64,000 nucleotides of DNA from Candidatus Altimarinota bacterium. GTDB taxonomy: Bacteria; Patescibacteriota; Gracilibacteria; CAIRYL01. The position numbers and the translations under genes were made by a program. The stretch is taken from NCBI GenBank assembly GCA_965250085.1, contig OZ252287.1, positions 928,001 to 992,000 on the forward strand, in the 5' to 3' direction. Below the pieces are notes generated by a model. That model was not told the DNA's origin. It was given only the letters and a program-made list of their open reading frames with translations, and made no database searches. Positions 59,107 to 64,000 of the stretch are shown here, piece by piece. How positions within the stretch are numbered: the stretch's first letter is position 1; every line of letters begins with the position of its first letter.

Positions 59107-59128
59107 ACGCACCTCTTTTAAGAAAAAA

Positions 59129-59674
59129 ATGAAGACTCTTCCTCAGAAGGATGAACAAGCGGCAGACCAGGTACAAAGCAAAGGTTCTCCTGAAGGACTC
59201 AATATGAAAAAAATTGAATCTCATACAGCTGAAAATGTGGTAACAGTAGAGGCCACTTCTGGAGCGAGTGAAATACTCGCAGGAATGGAGGGAAGCGAAA
59301 TAAATGAAAAGGATCATTCGATTTCTGAAAAAAAATCAAATACATCTCAGGCATCTTCTGCTTCCTCCAAAAAAAATGAAGATGCAATTCGATCTCATTT
59401 GAGCAAAGGAGTTCTTCTTCCTACACAAAAGATAATGGTGCGAAAAGTAAAAACTGCTCTCCATCACGAAGTTAAGCAGGTACACAAGCAGGTCAAAAAA
59501 CTCAAACGAAACTCAATACGTTTTGCTCACGAGCTCGCAAAGGCTTTTCAAAAGCTCAAAACGCTCAAATATCTTCTTAAAAATATTACAACCTTTGCAC
59601 TAGATTTTGTGCAAATGCTTTTTGAGAAAGTCCAAAAGAATGAATCTTTGGCGCAGGTCACCATTTCAGAATAA
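59129..59674 (+). CDS. Hypothetical protein (disordered N-terminus, basic helical C-terminus)
   Basis: Start placed at the ATG just downstream of the consensus promoter. Confidence 0.7.
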   Translation: MKTLPQKDEQAADQVQSKGSPEGLNMKKIESHTAENVVTVEATSGASEILAGMEGSEINEKDHSISEKKSNTSQASSASSKKNEDAIRSHLSKGVLLPTQKIMVRKVKTALHHEVKQVHKQVKKLKRNSIRFAHELAKAFQKLKTLKYLLKNITTFALDFVQMLFEKVQKNESLAQVTISE

Positions 59675-59731
59675 AAGTATTTGCAATGATATAGATGGAG
59701 CATCACAATGAGTTCACTCTTTTTGGTGTAC

Positions 59732-60658
59732 ATGGGAAAAGAAAGATATACACCATCGGTAACCCAGCAAAAGCTGATAGATGAAATTAGAAAACTGAAG
59801 AAGAAAAAAAACGCTATTCTTTTGGCTCATAACTATATGCGTCCTGAAATTTTTGAAGCCGCAGACTTTTGTGGAGACTCTTTTGATCTGTCTCAAAAAG
59901 CATCTGAAACAGATTCAGAAATTATTATTTTTGCAGGAGTCCATTTTATGGCTGAATCAGCAAAACTCTTAAGTCCACAAAAAAAAGTTCTCCTTCCCTC
60001 TCTTAGAGCAGGGTGTTTTATGGCCGATATGATCAGCGCCGAAAGACTCCAAAAAATGAAAGAGAAATATCCAAAGGCTGGAGTATGCCTGTACGTGAAT
60101 TCTGCAGCAGCAGTAAAGGCTCTCGCAGACGTCTGCTGTACCTCTGCAAACGCAGTGGAAGCAGTCGAGAGTTTGCCACATGAAGAAGTCATTTTTGCTC
60201 CAGACAAGCATTTAGCCGAATATGTTGCTTCCAAGACAAAGAAGCGAATCATTCCGTGGACAGGATTTTGCCATGTCCATACAAAATTTTCTGAAGAAAA
60301 AATTCTGCGAGCAAAAGAAAAATATCCAGATGCTAAGATCATCATGCACCCAGAAACCCCAGAAGAATTTCACCACTATGCTGATTATATTTGTGGTACT
60401 GGTGGCATGATTTCCTATTCTCAGAAAGATTCTGCAGAGCAATATCTTGTTGCAACCGAAGAAGGGATGGTGTGGAGGCTCAGGAAGGAAGTACCCGAAA
60501 AAGAGTTTTATCCAATTATGGGGAGCTGCATCAACATGAAGCAAATTACTCTAGAGAACATTCGAGACTCACTTTTTCAGGAAAAATATGAAATCACTAT
60601 TGCTCCAGAGATTTTTGAACCCGCTCGAAAAAGTCTAGAGCGAATGATGAAGATTTGA
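59732..60658 (+). CDS. nadA: Quinolinate synthase
   Basis: LAHNY, GDSF, GVHFMAES, AGCFMAD, YVNS, CCTSANA, PDKHL, CHVH, HPE, C.NMKQITL. Confidence 0.96.
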   Translation: MGKERYTPSVTQQKLIDEIRKLKKKKNAILLAHNYMRPEIFEAADFCGDSFDLSQKASETDSEIIIFAGVHFMAESAKLLSPQKKVLLPSLRAGCFMADMISAERLQKMKEKYPKAGVCLYVNSAAAVKALADVCCTSANAVEAVESLPHEEVIFAPDKHLAEYVASKTKKRIIPWTGFCHVHTKFSEEKILRAKEKYPDAKIIMHPETPEEFHHYADYICGTGGMISYSQKDSAEQYLVATEEGMVWRLRKEVPEKEFYPIMGSCINMKQITLENIRDSLFQEKYEITIAPEIFEPARKSLERMMKI

Positions 60659-60730
60659 AATTAAAAGGCTAAAATCCATTGATTTGAAGCCAAAAAAATG
60701 AGATAATGGAAGGAATAAAAATACAAAAAC

Positions 60731-61042
60731 ATGAGTCACTCTCATATCCATAAAAAATTGCGACTACAACGCTTGAAGCATTCAGTTTCGGAGCACTCTC
60801 TTCATGCGCAAAAAAAAGAAGAAACAGAGCAACAGCTGAGAAACCTTATTTCCGGAGCCATTTTTTTGGAACATGAAGAAAAAAGGAAGCAGATATGGAC
60901 AGATGCACTCCCTTCACTCACGTTGACAGAAATGAGAGTGCTATCCGGAGCCATCATACGCGAGAACCTCCGCGCAAAAAAACGCGAACGGAATCTGCAA
61001 TTTGAAAAAATTCCTCAAAACATTTCAGCCATAGCCGCATGA
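60731..61042 (+). CDS. Small helical hypothetical protein
   Basis: 103 aa; its stop overlaps the next start (ATGA); shares a motif with 33771..34151. Confidence 0.7.
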   Translation: MSHSHIHKKLRLQRLKHSVSEHSLHAQKKEETEQQLRNLISGAIFLEHEEKRKQIWTDALPSLTLTEMRVLSGAIIRENLRAKKRERNLQFEKIPQNISAIAA

Positions 61043-64000
61043 GTACTGCTCCTAATCCACAGGCACGAAATCCGGAATCTCCAGAGGAATCTTTAGCACA
61101 AGATGACGAGAGAGTGTTAGAAGCGTTTGACACAAAAGCACTTCAAAAGGCTGAAGAACAGAGCGTGGAAGTAGCAGATAAGATGGGGATAGATCGCCTG
61201 AATGGTGTTCCTGTGAAGATCGATGACGATGATTTTGAAAGAGCTCCTGAGGAAATTGAAGATAAGCTCGATGCCCTTGCGATAAACTCGTTTTTAGCAC
61301 TGGGAGATCTTTTTGATTCATTCGACCCTGAAAGCTTTGACCAACAAAAACAACAGTTAAAACAACAACCAGATGCATTTCTTACACATTTACCTCTCTA
61401 TGAAAAAAATGCTCTGGAAATCATTTCAATGTGCTTCGCTGAAGAGAAATCAGAAACTTCACTGGGGAAATATATCCAAAGCGCGTGGCCAGGACTCGTT
61501 GACTCAGTGTCTGTTTCTTTCCTTCTCGCAAAACAAGCTCAATATGAGGTACAGGGAAGGGAGGGGAGATTTTCTTCGGAACAAATAGATACAGCACTTG
61601 CAAATATTGAGGATGAATCACAAGAAAAAAAAGGAGCATTGAAAACACTTTTTGAAGGAATAGGAGAAAGCGTGAAGGAAGTGGGGAATTTTCTCAAAAA
61701 ACATAAGAAAGAAGTCGGAATTTTCCTCGTGATTACGACAGCTCTCTATGTCGCTAAAGGTCTTTTTGGGAAGAATGACAAAGAAGGAAAGGGATTCTTC
61801 GACTGGATCAAAGGGGCACTTGGCATTGGTACTCTGGGAGGAGCAGGAGTATTGCTGGAAAAATTTCTCTCTGGTGATTTTGAGGGTCTCTTTGGCGCTT
61901 TTCAAAAAAAAGTTGAAGAGTGGGGAGAAGAAAAGGCACAGAAATGGATTGCAGGAATACTTGGAGAAGAGAATGCAGAGAAATTTTTGAATTGGGCACA
62001 GCAAAAGCGTGAGGTTCTTGATGGAGGGTTTGAAAAACTCTCTGATGAGTGGCAGCAGAGAAAAAAACAGATTACAGAATGGTGTAATACCAATGGGATC
62101 AATACAGAATGGTTGCCTGATTTTAAAAATATATACGAAGAATACATTGCTGCAAATCCTGCCCTCTCTGCAACAGCGATTACCCTGACGCCAATTTTGA
62201 CGTGGTGGTTTTTTCGTTCAGTGGGAGGAAGTGGTCTCAAAGTATTTCTGGGAGGATTGATTTCCAAAAAAGCAATTGTAACTGTCGGTACTTTGACAGC
62301 ACTTTCAGTAATTCTTTTTGAAGATGAAGAGTTGATTCAAAATGGACTCAAAAAATTAGGATTTACTCCAAATGAAGATGGAAAAGTGGAGTTTCTTAAG
62401 GAGATAGCAGAAAAAACCATAGATGCTGCCAAGTGGCTCAATGGGAAAGTGAATAGCATTCTCTATGCTTTTGGGTTTGAGCAAGCGGGAGCCAATGTGG
62501 TCAAAGGAGGAGCTGCTTTGCTTACAGCACGATATGGGAAGGAAACTCTGCAGATCGCAAAAATTGCTCTTCCCTTGGGTGTTGTTGCTACCGCGCTTTA
62601 CGGGATTGATGAAGTTATAAAGAATTCAGAAGAATTTTCTGAATTTCCCAATACAATTGATGGTCAAACAGCATTGTTGCAGGAAATTATCAGACAAATT
62701 GCAGAAAAAGATGAAGAAGTCCTTGCATTTAGAGATGAGCTCTTGGAATTTTTGATGAATCCAGAAGAGATGGCAAAATCATTTCGTGAAAGATACGAAG
62801 AAAAAATTGTTTATAAATTAGGAATCAAGGGAACCAATTTTACCGGAAACTTTATCGCTGCATTTGGGATGCAAAGCCTGGACCTTCTGACAACTCTTGC
62901 TGAAGATACAGACGGGAACACTCATACCAAAGAACTTCTTCAGGAGGCATCAGAAAGGGGATTTGAAGGGTTCGACATTTTTCGCTTTATGCGCGCACTT
63001 TATAGTGATGGTCACGAAATCATGATAGACAAAGGACGCATACAAATACTTTGGAAAACAGGGAAATGGGTAGTCCTTACAAAATCCAAGGTTCATATAG
63101 ATGCGATGGTAGAGGCCGTCAAATCACCCTTTTCCAAAGAACATTCTTGGTTGGGGCAAAAAGGAATGCTCGAAACATTTGTCATGGGGAATTCATTTTT
63201 TATAACTATTGGCGCCACGGCAGGGGGTATTAAAAACTTCGCTTCTCCTGAGCATGGAATAGGAAGGATGAAAAGTATGGCAAAGGGGGCGGCACGAGGA
63301 GCAACTTTTGAAATGCAACTGGCCAAAGCTCCATTCCTTACAGAAAGAATCTGGCGTGAACCGGCAGAATGGGCAAAGCTTAAAAGACTTAATGTTGAAT
63401 ATAGAACCCTTCGTGCTCTTGAGGGAACTCGAGTAGTAGGATTAATGCCAAAGCCAACACAAGTAAAAGCTCTAGAAGAAATGTATCGCGTTGCCTATAA
63501 AAATAGACTCTTTTGGGAAGAAGGAAAAGGAAAGGGAAAACAAAGCTGGACAAAGCAAGGACGTGTAAATGTGTGGGCAAAGAAAATGGACAATATAGAG
63601 AAAGTCTTAAAAACAAAACGATTTGGAATGAACGATGCAGATGTTGAGGATTTTCGAAACAAGGTTCGTAATACTCCTGAAATGAGAGAGCTTGCAAAAA
63701 GATGTGCAGAACAAAACGCACGTCGCGTATCTCTCAGAGAACGCATTCAGTCACGTTTTTCTCGTTCGACTTCATCACAAAAAACATCCCCAAATCCCCA
63801 TCCACAAGCAGTGTCAAAGCCAGTAACGGTAGAATCTCCAAAAGTTAAGGCAGCTCTTAATGAAGCAACTCCAACTGAAAAAAAAGCCATATTAGAAATA
63901 TTAAAACATCCAAAGTATCAATCATTTCTTCAAAATGCGATGAAATATGGAGGCGTCACTCTGACGTGTACGTTTTTGTATTCTTTTGAACAAGCCGACG
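61039..64000 (+). CDS. Large helical protein with several hydrophobic segments (>980 aa, 3'-incomplete)
   Basis: Absent from the ORF track because no stop occurs in the window. Manual translation is open from MSTAPNPQARNPESPEES to the window end. Confidence 0.85.
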   Translation, partial: MSTAPNPQARNPESPEESLAQDDERVLEAFDTKALQKAEEQSVEVADKMGIDRLNGVPVKIDDDDFERAPEEIEDKLDALAINSFLALGDLFDSFDPESFDQQKQQLKQQPDAFLTHLPLYEKNALEIISMCFAEEKSETSLGKYIQSAWPGLVDSVSVSFLLAKQAQYEVQGREGRFSSEQIDTALANIEDESQEKKGALKTLFEGIGESVKEVGNFLKKHKKEVGIFLVITTALYVAKGLFGKNDKEGKGFFDWIKGALGIGTLGGAGVLLEKFLSGDFEGLFGAFQKKVEEWGEEKAQKWIAGILGEENAEKFLNWAQQKREVLDGGFEKLSDEWQQRKKQITEWCNTNGINTEWLPDFKNIYEEYIAANPALSATAITLTPILTWWFFRSVGGSGLKVFLGGLISKKAIVTVGTLTALSVILFEDEELIQNGLKKLGFTPNEDGKVEFLKEIAEKTIDAAKWLNGKVNSILYAFGFEQAGANVVKGGAALLTARYGKETLQIAKIALPLGVVATALYGIDEVIKNSEEFSEFPNTIDGQTALLQEIIRQIAEKDEEVLAFRDELLEFLMNPEEMAKSFRERYEEKIVYKLGIKGTNFTGNFIAAFGMQSLDLLTTLAEDTDGNTHTKELLQEASERGFEGFDIFRFMRALYSDGHEIMIDKGRIQILWKTGKWVVLTKSKVHIDAMVEAVKSPFSKEHSWLGQKGMLETFVMGNSFFITIGATAGGIKNFASPEHGIGRMKSMAKGAARGATFEMQLAKAPFLTERIWREPAEWAKLKRLNVEYRTLRALEGTRVVGLMPKPTQVKALEEMYRVAYKNRLFWEEGKGKGKQSWTKQGRVNVWAKKMDNIEKVLKTKRFGMNDADVEDFRNKVRNTPEMRELAKRCAEQNARRVSLRERIQSRFSRSTSSQKTSPNPHPQAVSKPVTVESPKVKAALNEATPTEKKAILEILKHPKYQSFLQNAMKYGGVTLTCTFLYSFEQAD

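Noticed and set aside
1-64000. Alternative genetic code 25 (TGA=Gly), as in Gracilibacteria/Absconditabacteria
   Set aside because: The 2456-aa and ~1290-aa Gly-rich ORFs contain no in-frame TGA, and nadA ends at TGA where homologs end.

Overview
Bacterial chromosomal window using genetic code 11 (TGA is a stop; long Gly-rich ORFs have no in-frame TGA). The gene set and repeat style suggest a Patescibacteria/CPR lineage such as Peregrinibacteria; this is inference, not a database result. The left end (1-9.2 kb) is a polymorphic-toxin locus: a 2456-aa SpvB/FG-GAP/RHS protein with a lipase-type C-terminal toxin, a membrane immunity candidate, a REP-flanked RAYT (HUH) transposase with a partial tandem duplicate, and an orphan toxin-like fragment. 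The rest is mostly housekeeping and envelope genes: tatD, ProX, comM, truB, two ilvE-like aminotransferases, ftsK, ccdA/dsbA, ECF sigma/anti-sigma, Elp3, prsW, pgeF, nnrD, V-ATPase D, glnA, cysS, an S-layer gene, pyrBC, dxr and nadA. It also holds tRNA-Leu(CAG), tRNA-His(GTG) and one IS30. The most notable unexplained features are: (1) a ~550-nt structured non-coding unit at 14.59-15.17 kb with a minus-strand promoter and terminator but plus-strand folding signals; (2) up to eight small elements from intergenic repeat families sitting in frame inside the RHS core; (3) a ~390-aa three-repeat module with an internal signal-peptide-like segment inside the RHS shell; (4) a ~300-nt structured S-layer leader; (5) two apparently paralogous small helical proteins, each upstream of an orphan membrane-active ORF. 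All functional calls come from manual motif recognition; no searches were run.
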